The notes below the pieces were generated by a model that worked only from the letters and a program-made list of their open reading frames with translations, ran no database searches and was not told the DNA's origin. The translations under genes were made by a program, and so were the position numbers. From Candidatus Onthomorpha sp. (GTDB taxonomy: Bacteria; Bacteroidota; Bacteroidia; Bacteroidales; P3): a DNA stretch of 64,000 nucleotides. Location of the stretch: the NCBI GenBank assembly GCA_045577535.1, contig JAZNIO010000029.1:25478-89477 (forward strand), in the 5' to 3' direction. Shown here piece by piece: positions 40,114 through 48,683 of this stretch. How positions within the stretch are numbered: position 1 is the stretch's first letter; the number at the start of each line of letters is the position of its first letter.

Positions 40114-40701
40114 ATGAAATTAAAACTACCGACTATAAAAAGCAAGACAAACAAGGAAGATGACATACTTTCGCAAATCCGAAACCCCAAGACTCGGGAG
40201 CAGGGTTATGCAAAGTTGATAGAAAAGTACTCTCGGAGAATCTATTGGCAGATAAGGCGAATGGTGTATGACCATGACGAGAGCGACGATCTTACACAGG
40301 AAATATTCATTAAAATATTCGAGAACATAGAATCGTTTCAGAGTGCTTCCAAACTCTCGACATGGATCTACCGAATCACATACAATCACGTTTTGAACCA
40401 CATCAAACAAAAGCAAAAGCGATTATCCGATACCGATATCGACTTTGAAAGCAAGGTTTTGGCAAAACTGCCGTCCGATCCCTTGTTCGAAAGCGACAAA
40501 ATCGAACTGACGCTGCAAAAAGCAATACTTACACTTCCTCCGAAGCAGAGAGCGGTTTTCCAAATGAGGTATTACGACGAGTTGAGCTTTGCACAGATTT
40601 CGCAAATCACCAAGACAAGCGAAGGAGCCCTCAAAGCATCGTATCACATCGCCACCGAGAAAATCGAAGAATACGTAAGAAACACAGAACTCGACGTCTG
40701 A
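40114..40701 (+). CDS. ECF-type RNA polymerase sigma-70 factor
   Basis: Region 2 (DDLTQEIFIKIFEN, WIYRITYNHVLNHI) and region 4 (LSFAQISQIT). Confidence 0.9.
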   Translation: MKLKLPTIKSKTNKEDDILSQIRNPKTREQGYAKLIEKYSRRIYWQIRRMVYDHDESDDLTQEIFIKIFENIESFQSASKLSTWIYRITYNHVLNHIKQKQKRLSDTDIDFESKVLAKLPSDPLFESDKIELTLQKAILTLPPKQRAVFQMRYYDELSFAQISQITKTSEGALKASYHIATEKIEEYVRNTELDV

Positions 40702-40773
40702 AAAATCAAAAAAAAAGAACAGACGATTAAACTTCTGCCAAAAAAACTGTCTAACAGAAACAAAACAAAACAA

Positions 40774-41196
40774 ATGAAAGAGAAACACAATCCGTTCAAA
40801 GTGCCGGAAAACTATTTTTCGAATCTTAACGAGCAACTGCTCGAAAAGTCGGCAAAAAAACACGTTTCTTCTCCGAAACTTTTCAAATACGTTGCCGCAA
40901 TATCTGCAGTCATTGTTTTGGGATTCAGCACCTGGCTTGTCGTGTTCAAGAATGCGGATGCGGGATTGAAGCAAAACAACAGCTTTGTCTTCCTTTTCAA
41001 CGGCTTTAAGAGCGAACAGGAAATTCAAGCCGAAAAGATAAGAGCCGAACAAGCTCAATGGCAGGCACGGAAAACAGAAATGAAAAAAGAGGCAGAACAA
41101 ATAGTTTTCACCGAAGACGAATTCCTATACATGGAATCCCTTCTCGAAGACGAATATTATTATTACGAACAAACCGAATCGGACATAGAACAATGA
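40774..41196 (+). CDS. Single-pass membrane protein, probable anti-sigma partner
   Basis: Short N-terminus (FKVPENYF) and one TM helix. Lies directly after the ECF sigma. Confidence 0.5.
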   Translation: MKEKHNPFKVPENYFSNLNEQLLEKSAKKHVSSPKLFKYVAAISAVIVLGFSTWLVVFKNADAGLKQNNSFVFLFNGFKSEQEIQAEKIRAEQAQWQARKTEMKKEAEQIVFTEDEFLYMESLLEDEYYYYEQTESDIEQ

Positions 41197-41666
41197 AAAA
41201 GACAATAATTTTAAGCCTTTTGGCGATAATGATGATGCTTCCTTCGTTTGCACAAGAGCAATCGCAGAAAGTCGATCCCGAAGTTTTGAGAGAAAAAATC
41301 ATTACCAAGAAAAAAGCCATCTATACCGAACGATTGGAATTGACCAAAAAAGAATCGGAGAAATTTTGGCCGATATACGAAAAATACGATGCGGAAATGT
41401 TTCAGCTGAGAGACAAACAAAAGAGATTGATTCACGGCATGAGACACAGCGATCTGCTTAAAGAAACACCCGAAAAGGCAGAAGAACAGGTAAACGACCT
41501 GTTGACGCTCGAAGAACAAATAGCCGAAGTTACGAAACACTATTTCGAACAATTCAAAACTATTCTTCCCGCACCGAAAGTTGCAAAACTGCTCATCGAA
41601 GAAAGAAGCATAATGAGGGAACTCACCAAATGCAAAAAGCATAAAGGAAAGCACGGTGCGAAATAA
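41193..41666 (+). CDS. Periplasmic Spy/CpxP-like helical protein
   Basis: Signal peptide (PSFAQ) and a K/E-rich helical body. ATGA overlap with the preceding gene. The track ORF's N-terminal extension to 41058 is rejected. Confidence 0.5.
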   Translation: MKKTIILSLLAIMMMLPSFAQEQSQKVDPEVLREKIITKKKAIYTERLELTKKESEKFWPIYEKYDAEMFQLRDKQKRLIHGMRHSDLLKETPEKAEEQVNDLLTLEEQIAEVTKHYFEQFKTILPAPKVAKLLIEERSIMRELTKCKKHKGKHGAK

Positions 41667-41681
41667 AACATCCCGTTTCCG

Positions 41682-42467
41682 GTGAGCATATCCGTCATAT
41701 CGATTCTCATCATTTCGGGAATCATCGTAGGATTCATCAACACCCTTTCTGCAGGAGGGACTGCCATATCCATAGCTCTTTACCTTGCAATCGGACTTCC
41801 GCCCGCCGAAGCCAACGCAACCAATCGTATAGGTGTGCTTTTGCAAAGCTCTTTCGCCGCAACAATGTTCGCACGCAAAGGATACCTCCGACAAATCAAC
41901 ATACTGCCATCGGTCGTTTTTGCAATGCTCGGAGCCTTGACAGGAAGCATTTTGTCCCTTGTTTTACCCGGCATAGTGTTTTCTTATGCCATGGGAGCAA
42001 GTCTTTTGGTCATGATTTACTTTCTTTTTTCCTCACCCAAGGCATTCAAAGAAGACAAGCCCGAAAAGATGAATCGCAAACGTGGAATCGCACATCATAT
42101 CATCTTTCTGCTCATCGGCATCTATGGAGGCTTCGTACAAGTCGGCACAGGTTTCTTTCTGATGGCGGCAGGCACCATGGTGTTAGGCTGCAACATCGTT
42201 CGAACTAACGCCGTCAAATCATTCGTGATGACACTCTACACAATAGTTGCCATAATCATCTTCATGCAACACGGAAGCATCAATTGGCAATACGGACTCT
42301 TACACTCGGCAGGCACGCTTGTCGGTTCGTACATAGCAACTCGTTTAGCGTTCAAAAAAGGTGCGGGATTTATTCGATGGATAGTGGTACTCGTGATAGT
42401 TTTCACTTCGTTATATCTTTTCAAAATCATAAATCCCGAACACTTTTTCAGAACTTTAATAGAATAA
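41682..42467 (+). CDS. TauE/SafE-family anion exporter
   Basis: About 8 TM helices with a two-fold internal repeat. 261 aa. Confidence 0.8.
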   Translation: MSISVISILIISGIIVGFINTLSAGGTAISIALYLAIGLPPAEANATNRIGVLLQSSFAATMFARKGYLRQINILPSVVFAMLGALTGSILSLVLPGIVFSYAMGASLLVMIYFLFSSPKAFKEDKPEKMNRKRGIAHHIIFLLIGIYGGFVQVGTGFFLMAAGTMVLGCNIVRTNAVKSFVMTLYTIVAIIIFMQHGSINWQYGLLHSAGTLVGSYIATRLAFKKGAGFIRWIVVLVIVFTSLYLFKIINPEHFFRTLIE

Positions 42468-42493
42468 AACCTTGCAGATTCAACATAATTTCC

Positions 42494-42501
42494 TAATTTT
42501 G
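42494..42501 (+). promoter_or_regulatory. -7 promoter box TAATTTTG (followed by CA)
   Basis: TAnnTTTG match 24 nt upstream of the PepSY-like gene. Confidence 0.45.
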
Positions 42502-42524
42502 CAAACGGAGAAAAACAATTAGCA

Positions 42525-42980
42525 ATGAAAAAGACGATATTGATTATTTTGGCATGCGGAATGATTGCCGGCTGTGCTTCGATGAGTAAAAGCAAATACA
42601 AAACGGTAAACGAGAATGAAGTTCCCGAAAAATACACACGAGACTTTCACAAACGCCGTGCAGATGTCGAACAAGTAAACTGGCAGATGGTCGATTCGAA
42701 TTGCTACATAGCATCATTCAAAAGCAACGACAATCCGGTCAGCATGAAGTTCAGAAACACCACCGTCGAGACAAGTTGGAACATACCGATGGAATACACC
42801 CCGTCAAACATAACCGAATACATCGGAAACCAATATTCCGACTTCAAAATCGAAGAAGTAAACATAGTCGAGATAAGAAACAAGAAAACCTATCGAGTTG
42901 ACATCAGAAAGAAAAAAGAAACCAAACTGTTGGAATTCGACCTGCTTGGAAAATTCGTAAAAGAAGTAGAGAACCTATAA
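42525..42980 (+). CDS. PepSY-like lipoprotein
   Basis: Lipoprotein signal IAGCAS and two beta-rich half repeats. Confidence 0.55.
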   Translation: MKKTILIILACGMIAGCASMSKSKYKTVNENEVPEKYTRDFHKRRADVEQVNWQMVDSNCYIASFKSNDNPVSMKFRNTTVETSWNIPMEYTPSNITEYIGNQYSDFKIEEVNIVEIRNKKTYRVDIRKKKETKLLEFDLLGKFVKEVENL

Positions 42981-43016
42981 GCAATAAATCAAAGAACTAT
43001 TCATGATATAAACACG

Positions 43017-43046
43017 AAAAGGGTATGCACGCATACCCTTTTTTTT
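43017..43046. terminator. Bidirectional terminator between the PepSY-like gene and the HU-like gene
   Basis: GGGTATGC / GCATACCC stem flanked by A4 and T8. Confidence 0.6.
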
Positions 43047-43058
43047 GTTGGCAGGCTG

Positions 43059-43469
43059 CTATTCTTGCTGCAAACCTTGAACATTCAAATCAGCCAGTTT
43101 GAATTGGCATTTGTTCAATGAGTTTTTGAATTGGACAGAAGGATAGAACCTGCATCTTGCACGTTTTATCGAATCAGCCGTCACTTCATCGGGAGTAGCC
43201 ACAGCCTTAGCCGAAATCGAAGGGATGAAAGAGCCCAAGAGTCCCAATTTTACGGCTTGACCTGCCGATATGTACTTGACAATGTGAAATTCCAAAGCCT
43301 TCAAACAAGCCAACACATCAGGATGAGTTACCGTTGTCGCTTCAGAAATCTCAGAAGCAATCTGATCAATCTCCACATCTTGACCTCTGTAGATGCGTGC
43401 CAAAAACTTTTCACCCGGGTTATCACCCACATTAATCGTTCTCTTAACTTTAACATACTTAATAGCCAT
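43059..43469 (-). CDS. Bacteroidota-type HU-related DNA-binding protein (TIGR01201-like)
   Basis: MAIKYVKVKRTINVGDNPGEKFLARI...ATTVTHPDVLACL...GQAVKLGLLGSF. Start taken at the internal ATG (43469), downstream of its own promoter box. Confidence 0.8.
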   Translation of the reverse strand: MAIKYVKVKRTINVGDNPGEKFLARIYRGQDVEIDQIASEISEATTVTHPDVLACLKALEFHIVKYISAGQAVKLGLLGSFIPSISAKAVATPDEVTADSIKRARCRFYPSVQFKNSLNKCQFKLADLNVQGLQQE

Positions 43470-43549
43470 AATAAATAAATGAATTAAATTAAACCATAAA
43501 CCAGAATGAGTTTCGAAACGTTGCAACATCTTGTCATTCTTTTCGCTTG

Positions 43550-43557
43550 CAAAGATA
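43550..43557 (-). promoter_or_regulatory. -7 promoter box TATCTTTG (followed by CA) for the HU-like gene
   Basis: The reverse complement of CAAAGATA matches TAnnTTTG. Confidence 0.45.
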
Positions 43558-43648
43558 CAACGCAAAACGCCCATCATCCCAAGCCGTGAAACAAGCTGAG
43601 ACAATGCGAAACAAAGCTCTACCAAACAGCAAAAGTGTTATGGTAAAT

Positions 43649-44659
43649 CTATTTGTTTATAATCCAAATTCCATTCTTGTTACTACCTTGACGAGATAAT
43701 ATACCCTTTGATTTAAGAGAAGAAAACCAACGTTCGGCTTGACGTTGAGATAAAGACAAAGTCAAAGCAATTTCCTTGATTGTTAGTTTGTTGTTTTCTG
43801 TTATGAGATGTATGATTTGTCGTTCATTTTCAGTTAAGCAATCATTTATACCGACATTTGCACCGTCAATTGTACCGACATTTATTCCGACATCAGCGTA
43901 AATTTCATTACCTTGATGAGTTTTAAGAGTTGTTAGAATCTCGCCAAGCATAAATTCAATGAAAGGACCGCATTGTCCATTGTGAGTGCTTTGAGAGATT
44001 GCATCGTAATAATCCTTCTGATTGCTATACACCATATTTTCGACAGGCAGATGTTCAAACAACGGATGTAACCTTCCAAGAATAAGCGATTGCCATAAAC
44101 GTCCCATTCTGCCGTTACCATCACTGAAAGGGTGAATAAATTCAAATTCATAATGGAATACACAAGAGCGAATGAGCAAATGGTCATCAGATGATACAAG
44201 CCATTGCATTAAATCTTCCATCAGTCCCGGCACACGCTCAGCAGGCGGAGCCATGTGTATCAATCCCTTTTCGGAGAATACTCCCACACCACCTTGGCGG
44301 AATCGTCCTGCATCATCGCTCAAAGCATACATCATGACACCATGAGCTTTCAAAAGATCGATTATGCTAAACGGATTTAACGAACTATACAACTCGTATG
44401 TTTTTATGGCGTTTTTAACTTCTTGAATCTCCCTCAAAGGAGCAATAACATTCTTGCCGTTTATAATATCTTGCACCTGATTTTCGCTCAAATTATTACC
44501 CTCAATAGCAAGCGAAGAGTGAATAGTACGAATACGATTGACCTTACGGAGTTTAAGTCCCTCATTTTCTAAACGAATAGCATATCGTTCGATAAGAGCT
44601 GATATTTCAGCGATCAAATTGATGGTTCGAGATGATATTTCAAAAGGCGGTTTATACAT
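43649..44659 (-). CDS. Fic-family protein (AMPylase type) with N-terminal inhibitory motif and C-terminal winged HTH
   Basis: Fic motif HPFSDGNGRMGR, inhibitory SxxxEG (SLAIEG) in the N-terminal helix, and a C-terminal HTH (LTIKEIALTLSLSQRQAERW). Confidence 0.93.
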   Translation of the reverse strand: MYKPPFEISSRTINLIAEISALIERYAIRLENEGLKLRKVNRIRTIHSSLAIEGNNLSENQVQDIINGKNVIAPLREIQEVKNAIKTYELYSSLNPFSIIDLLKAHGVMMYALSDDAGRFRQGGVGVFSEKGLIHMAPPAERVPGLMEDLMQWLVSSDDHLLIRSCVFHYEFEFIHPFSDGNGRMGRLWQSLILGRLHPLFEHLPVENMVYSNQKDYYDAISQSTHNGQCGPFIEFMLGEILTTLKTHQGNEIYADVGINVGTIDGANVGINDCLTENERQIIHLITENNKLTIKEIALTLSLSQRQAERWFSSLKSKGILSRQGSNKNGIWIINK

Positions 44660-44694
44660 CTTTCTTCTTGATTTTATTCCCTTTTTATCCCTTG

Positions 44695-44702
44695 CAAAGA
44701 TA
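44695..44702 (-). promoter_or_regulatory. -7 promoter box TATCTTTG (followed by CA) for the Fic gene
   Basis: Reverse complement of CAAAGATA, 36 nt upstream of the Fic start. Confidence 0.45.
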
Positions 44703-44735
44703 CGAAAAAAAGTGTTCTCTTTGGTGCAAAAGCGA

Positions 44736-44768
44736 AAACAAAAAATCCACCCCCGAAAGAGTGGATTT
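44736..44768 (-). terminator. Rho-independent terminator of the GATC RM cassette
   Basis: On the minus strand, an AAATCCAC / GTGGATTT stem followed by TTTTTTGTTTT. Confidence 0.6.
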
Positions 44769-44792
44769 CATAGCTCGTTTTTCCGTTTTTGG

Positions 44793-45671
44793 TTAAAAAG
44801 GCAGGTCGCCATAGTCTATATTCATTTCTTCTGAGACTATGTTCGATGAAAATGTGTCGAAGTTATTTATGTCTTTTATTTTAGAACGGTATTCAAGAAC
44901 GGTATTGTAATTTTCCAATTCTTCACGTCGGCATTTGCTTATGTTCAAAAAATCGCTTTCTTGGTCTATTCCCAAGAAACGTCTACTCAATAAATTCGCG
45001 GCTATTCCTGTTGTTGAACTTCCGCAGAAAGGATCAAGCACCCAACCTCCTTTTTGTGTTGATGCCATAATGATTCGGCTCAGCAGTGATAGAGGTTTTT
45101 GCGTCGGATGTTTGCCACATGATTTTTCCCATCGGGCAATGGATGGAAGATGCCAGACATCGGTCATCTGTTTTCCATCGTTGATTTGTTTCATTAAATC
45201 GTAGTTGAAATAATGTGGTTTTTTCTCGCTTTTTCTTGCCCAGATGATAAATTCGGTGCTGTATGTGAAATAGCGACATGAAATATTGGGTGGAGGATTC
45301 GTCTTTGCCCAAGTTATGACGTTGAGAATCTTATATCCTAACTTTACAAGACAATCGGCTATCGAAAAGATGTTGTGATAAGTCCCGGAGATCCATATCG
45401 TTGCATTGTCTTTCATTTTGTCGTGACAAAGTTTGAGCCACTCCATGTTGAAATCCGATATTTCAGCTCGGCTGTTGCATTTATCCCATTCTCCTTTGTC
45501 CACACAGACAGCCTTACCTGCGTAAACGCTTATTCCTCCGTTGGAAAGGAAATAAGGAGGGTCTGCAAAGATGCAATCGAATTTGAAGTCGAATTTTGAC
45601 AATAATTCCAAGCAATTTCCATGCAGAAGAGTGAAATCTCTATTTCTTGATTTGTAGTAAGATTCAATCAT
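44793..45671 (-). CDS. Beta-class N6-adenine DNA methyltransferase (DpnA / second-methylase type)
   Basis: IFADPPYF (motif IV) lies before LDPFCGSSTTGIAA (motif I). The start overlaps the nuclease stop by 8 nt. Confidence 0.88.
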   Translation of the reverse strand: MIESYYKSRNRDFTLLHGNCLELLSKFDFKFDCIFADPPYFLSNGGISVYAGKAVCVDKGEWDKCNSRAEISDFNMEWLKLCHDKMKDNATIWISGTYHNIFSIADCLVKLGYKILNVITWAKTNPPPNISCRYFTYSTEFIIWARKSEKKPHYFNYDLMKQINDGKQMTDVWHLPSIARWEKSCGKHPTQKPLSLLSRIIMASTQKGGWVLDPFCGSSTTGIAANLLSRRFLGIDQESDFLNISKCRREELENYNTVLEYRSKIKDINNFDTFSSNIVSEEMNIDYGDLPF

Positions 45672-46371
45672 TGTCGTTTATTGGAGATAAATCGAGATTT
45701 GGAATAATTGCGGTATTTGTATAATTCTTTTTGTAGTAGAAAGCTCGTCTTCGTGCTTTTATTGTGCCACCATTTCCATCCGGAGCATCGGTTCGGTCTT
45801 GATTGTTAGCACCTTTGGTTTTTGGTTCAAGGTATTCACCCATGCTACATGACAATTGGTCGGCACGACCTGTTTGTATATATTTCTGAATTTCTTCCCA
45901 ATCTTTCTTAAACACACTGTTTTGAAAATCATTCGGATGATCAAGAAAATAATCGACGATTACGTATTCGTTTTGGTTCAAAGCCCTTCCATCTTTCTTT
46001 GCCAAATAAACAACCCAGAAAGTAAGAGTTATTTTATTTCGCAATTTGGCGGTTTCCCAAGTTTCTTTTGCAACCTCCATGTAGTTAATCATCTGAATTG
46101 CTGTTGGTTCTTTCGCCTTTATATCCCCGTTTCGATTCTTTTGCAATGGGAGTATCTTTATTTCGCATCCGATTTCCGGAATGTCAGCCTCGGTTCTGTT
46201 GTTGTTTTTTATGCCGAGAAGGTTTTCTATGATTAAACCCGAAGCACCCTTCACCATTTTGTCGCGTTCAATCTTTAATTCTTCTTTAATCACTCCAATT
46301 GTCTTTCCTTTTGAATTTGAAATGATGTCAAACAATGGACGCATGTATTCGATGACTTTGCTACTGATCAT
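45664..46371 (-). CDS. MutH/Sau3AI-fold GATC endonuclease, single domain (235 aa)
   Basis: Collinear with E. coli MutH as remembered: KGASGLIIENLLG, ADIPEIGCEIKILP (E-x-K), WETAKLRNKI, DWEEIQKYI, GEYLEPKTKGAN and RAFYYKKNYT. Confidence 0.8.
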   Translation of the reverse strand: MISSKVIEYMRPLFDIISNSKGKTIGVIKEELKIERDKMVKGASGLIIENLLGIKNNNRTEADIPEIGCEIKILPLQKNRNGDIKAKEPTAIQMINYMEVAKETWETAKLRNKITLTFWVVYLAKKDGRALNQNEYVIVDYFLDHPNDFQNSVFKKDWEEIQKYIQTGRADQLSCSMGEYLEPKTKGANNQDRTDAPDGNGGTIKARRRAFYYKKNYTNTAIIPNLDLSPINDND

Positions 46372-46406
46372 AATATTAAAATGATTTTTAAGATGGTTTC
46401 AAACAT

Positions 46407-47309
46407 TTAATTTACTACAACTATTTCCGTTAGTTTTCCTCTTTTGGATGCTACTGCGTTAACGTTCCTTGAAGCGAATACTCTGTCGATCTGATAATCC
46501 GCAAACAAGTCATCGAAAAACCTGTCTCCGCAATTGTTTCCCAGACAATCGGAATTGCTCAGCATAAACCTGACACCGATTGCATTTAATTTGTCGCAAA
46601 ACATTTTTAATCTGATTTGAGCTTTGTCATTGAAAGATTCTTTTGCGTAATCATTAAAATTGGAAGTGTTGTTCAGCGGTCTGTAAGGTGGATCGAAATA
46701 AAAAAATGTGTTTTTTTTGATTTTCACGAAGGTGTTTTCAAAATCTCCTGTCATTATCTCCACTTTCTGCAACAGCTTGCTATCAGCAAATATCGTTTCT
46801 TCATCACAAATCGTCGGGGTTACATATTTGCCAAACGGGACATTGAATTTGCCTGATTTGTTTACCCGATACAACCCGTTGAAACAAGTCCTGTTGAGAA
46901 AGAAAAAAAGAGTTGTGTTTTCTATCTCGTCAAGAGATTTTGTGTTGAACCTTTCACGTTGAACGAGAAAAAAATCTTTGCGAGCGTCTTCGGATTTTAT
47001 AGAATGATATTCGCTTTGTATTGCATTCAAAGAATACACCAATTCTTGCGGATTATCTCTTACCACCTTGTAACATAAAGTCAGATCCGGATTTATGTCG
47101 TTTATCACTGCCGATTCTATGTTCGGGTAATTTTGAAGCATGTGAAAAAGCATTGCTCCGCCACCTACAAAAGGTTCTATGTAGGTTATGTTCTCCCATT
47201 TGGCAAAATCATTTGGCAGTAGTGCCTCAAGCTGTTCTATAAGTTGGCTTTTACCTCCAACCCACTTGATAAAAGGTTTCGCTTTCGTCATGGTGTTTTT
47301 GTTCGTCAT
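46407..47309 (-). CDS. Alpha-class Dam-type N6-adenine DNA methyltransferase
   Basis: KWVGGKSQL, EPFVGGGAM (motif I) then FYFDPPY (motif IV). Possible starts are TTG 47318, ATG 47309 and ATG 47291; the last fits best with the promoter box. Confidence 0.9.
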   Translation of the reverse strand: MTNKNTMTKAKPFIKWVGGKSQLIEQLEALLPNDFAKWENITYIEPFVGGGAMLFHMLQNYPNIESAVINDINPDLTLCYKVVRDNPQELVYSLNAIQSEYHSIKSEDARKDFFLVQRERFNTKSLDEIENTTLFFFLNRTCFNGLYRVNKSGKFNVPFGKYVTPTICDEETIFADSKLLQKVEIMTGDFENTFVKIKKNTFFYFDPPYRPLNNTSNFNDYAKESFNDKAQIRLKMFCDKLNAIGVRFMLSNSDCLGNNCGDRFFDDLFADYQIDRVFASRNVNAVASKRGKLTEIVVVN

Positions 47310-47315
47310 TTTTTG

Positions 47316-47323
47316 CAAAGGTA
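47316..47323 (-). promoter_or_regulatory. -7 promoter box TACCTTTG (followed by CA) for the RM cassette
   Basis: Reverse complement of CAAAGGTA, located in the 11-nt gap after the Toprim gene stop. Confidence 0.4.
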
Positions 47324-47329
47324 GGGAAT

Positions 47330-48304
47330 TTATTCGGAAAAAGGCGGTTGGGGAGTTGTTTTTGTGTTAGGTGCGAAGTGTTTTGCCAAGTACAGATCGG
47401 CAATGTCGGCATTGGGAGAAAGTGAGTGCAGGTCTTTGTTCGGCAGCCAGTGGACGATGCGAAGATGTTTGGAGGTTTGGGTTTGCAGCCTCGGAAGTTT
47501 GTCCTGCCAGTCGGAAAAGGCGTCGCGGTCGGGGTATAGGTCGATTGAGTCGGTTGGAACTTCGTTTATCAGCTCTGCACGCAGGTTGTATTTGCCTCCG
47601 CATGCCAGCCAGATGTAATCGGGACGGAAAAGACTCATCAAAACTGCCGTTTTCTCGCTTTCGACCAAGGCTACGGGTTGTGAGCGGAAAAAGCGAAGTT
47701 GGTTGAGTCCGAAAAGGCATTGTCGGAGCTGCCAATCTGCGGGCAGGTTCATCTTTTTGTGTACCCATTGCGGAGGAAGGTGTTTGAGACGCTTGCCGGT
47801 GCTTGTGTCGTAGTGCATGATCTTGCCTGTGCGAATTGTTCCCGAAAGGTCTGTCTGCCAGAAAATCACGCCCGATGTGCGATTGCAACCGAGCAGATAA
47901 CTTTCGCATACCCGCTTCAGTTCGATGGTCGGAAAGCCGAGCGAAAGCATGAAACGATAAAAGCTGCTGTGGCTGTGCCTGATAAGAAAGGGCGTGATGT
48001 CCAAATCCAATGTGCAGGGGTGGTGGTTTTCGCAATTGTCGGAACGATGATTCGTCGCATCGTAATCAAAAACCGTTTTGTCCGAATCAAACTTTGTTCC
48101 GAATGTCTTTCCGTATGGAATCCCTGCCATGCGAGGCGAAAGGTGGTATTGGCAATTGATGCTTCGGTCGCACTTGCCTATGCACGGATTGCTCAGATAT
48201 TCGCCGCTCAGGTTGTCTACATAACGTACGAAGGTCTTGTGTCCGCAGTTGGGACAGATGAATTTACGACTGCTTTTGTCCAATGAAAATCTGTATTTTA
48301 TCAT
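47330..48304 (-). CDS. Zinc-ribbon + Toprim-domain protein (primase-like, DUF6371-type)
   Basis: CPNCGHKTF...CIGKCDRSINC zinc ribbon. Toprim Glu in VALVESEKTAV and DxD in DLYPDRD. Visibly more GC-rich than its neighbours. Confidence 0.7.
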   Translation of the reverse strand: MIKYRFSLDKSSRKFICPNCGHKTFVRYVDNLSGEYLSNPCIGKCDRSINCQYHLSPRMAGIPYGKTFGTKFDSDKTVFDYDATNHRSDNCENHHPCTLDLDITPFLIRHSHSSFYRFMLSLGFPTIELKRVCESYLLGCNRTSGVIFWQTDLSGTIRTGKIMHYDTSTGKRLKHLPPQWVHKKMNLPADWQLRQCLFGLNQLRFFRSQPVALVESEKTAVLMSLFRPDYIWLACGGKYNLRAELINEVPTDSIDLYPDRDAFSDWQDKLPRLQTQTSKHLRIVHWLPNKDLHSLSPNADIADLYLAKHFAPNTKTTPQPPFSE

Positions 48305-48325
48305 ACTCTCAAGGTGTTTATTCGT

Positions 48326-48643
48326 TTAATCCAAAGGTGATCGGTATTCGTTCTGACGTCTTATGTAGTCTTTGATTCGTTCTATCTCGTTGGTCGAATA
48401 TCTGTTCTTCCAAGATTTCTTGCCTTGTGATTTGTTCGAGTATGGTTTGTAGTCGGAGTTTTCTTCTTTCAAAGCTCTTCGGATGCGGTAAAGAGTTGCT
48501 CGCGAGATGTCGAGTATGCTCAAAACCTCATGGGTGAAGAACTGTGGAAAGTCTTTGTCGTAGATTATTTCTGTTTCGTATTGTTGTTTTTCTTCTATCG
48601 TTTGCTTGATTATTCTCTGTTTGTGTTCTCTCAAATTTTCCAT
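48326..48643 (-). CDS. Small HTH DNA-binding protein (excisionase/AlpA-like)
   Basis: HTH in HEVLSILDISRATLYRIRR. 105 aa. Confidence 0.65.
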   Translation of the reverse strand: MENLREHKQRIIKQTIEEKQQYETEIIYDKDFPQFFTHEVLSILDISRATLYRIRRALKEENSDYKPYSNKSQGKKSWKNRYSTNEIERIKDYIRRQNEYRSPLD

Positions 48644-48683
48644 TGCTGATAATTTTTTGTGATAAATAAAATCCGTTAATTGC

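Noticed and set aside
43059-43625. 188-aa version of the HU-like ORF
   Set aside because: The N-terminal 52 codons run through the gene's own TATCTTTG promoter box and lack similarity to the family. The conserved MAIKYVKV start is at 43469.
45664-46371. Interpreting the MutH-like gene as evidence for canonical methyl-directed mismatch repair
   Set aside because: The gene is embedded between two methylase genes in a promoter-to-terminator cassette inside an accessory island. That is the signature of an RM system rather than a repair gene. The idea is kept only as a minor alternative in the finding.
46690-46720. A7/T8 homopolymers just upstream of the DPPY motif of the Dam gene, plus A8/T8 runs at 10834, 29722 and 48888, as phase-variation switches
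   Set aside because: Runs of 7-8 in AT-rich coding DNA encoding Lys/Phe are expected by composition. Only the A12 tract in recN stands out.
47367-48286. ORFs 47367-48035 (-), 47371-47706 (+) and 47699-48286 (+) overlapping the Toprim gene
   Set aside because: They are shadow ORFs created by the locally higher GC content. Their products are Arg/Ser/Ala-rich with no motifs, whereas the 324-aa frame carries the zinc-ribbon and Toprim signatures.
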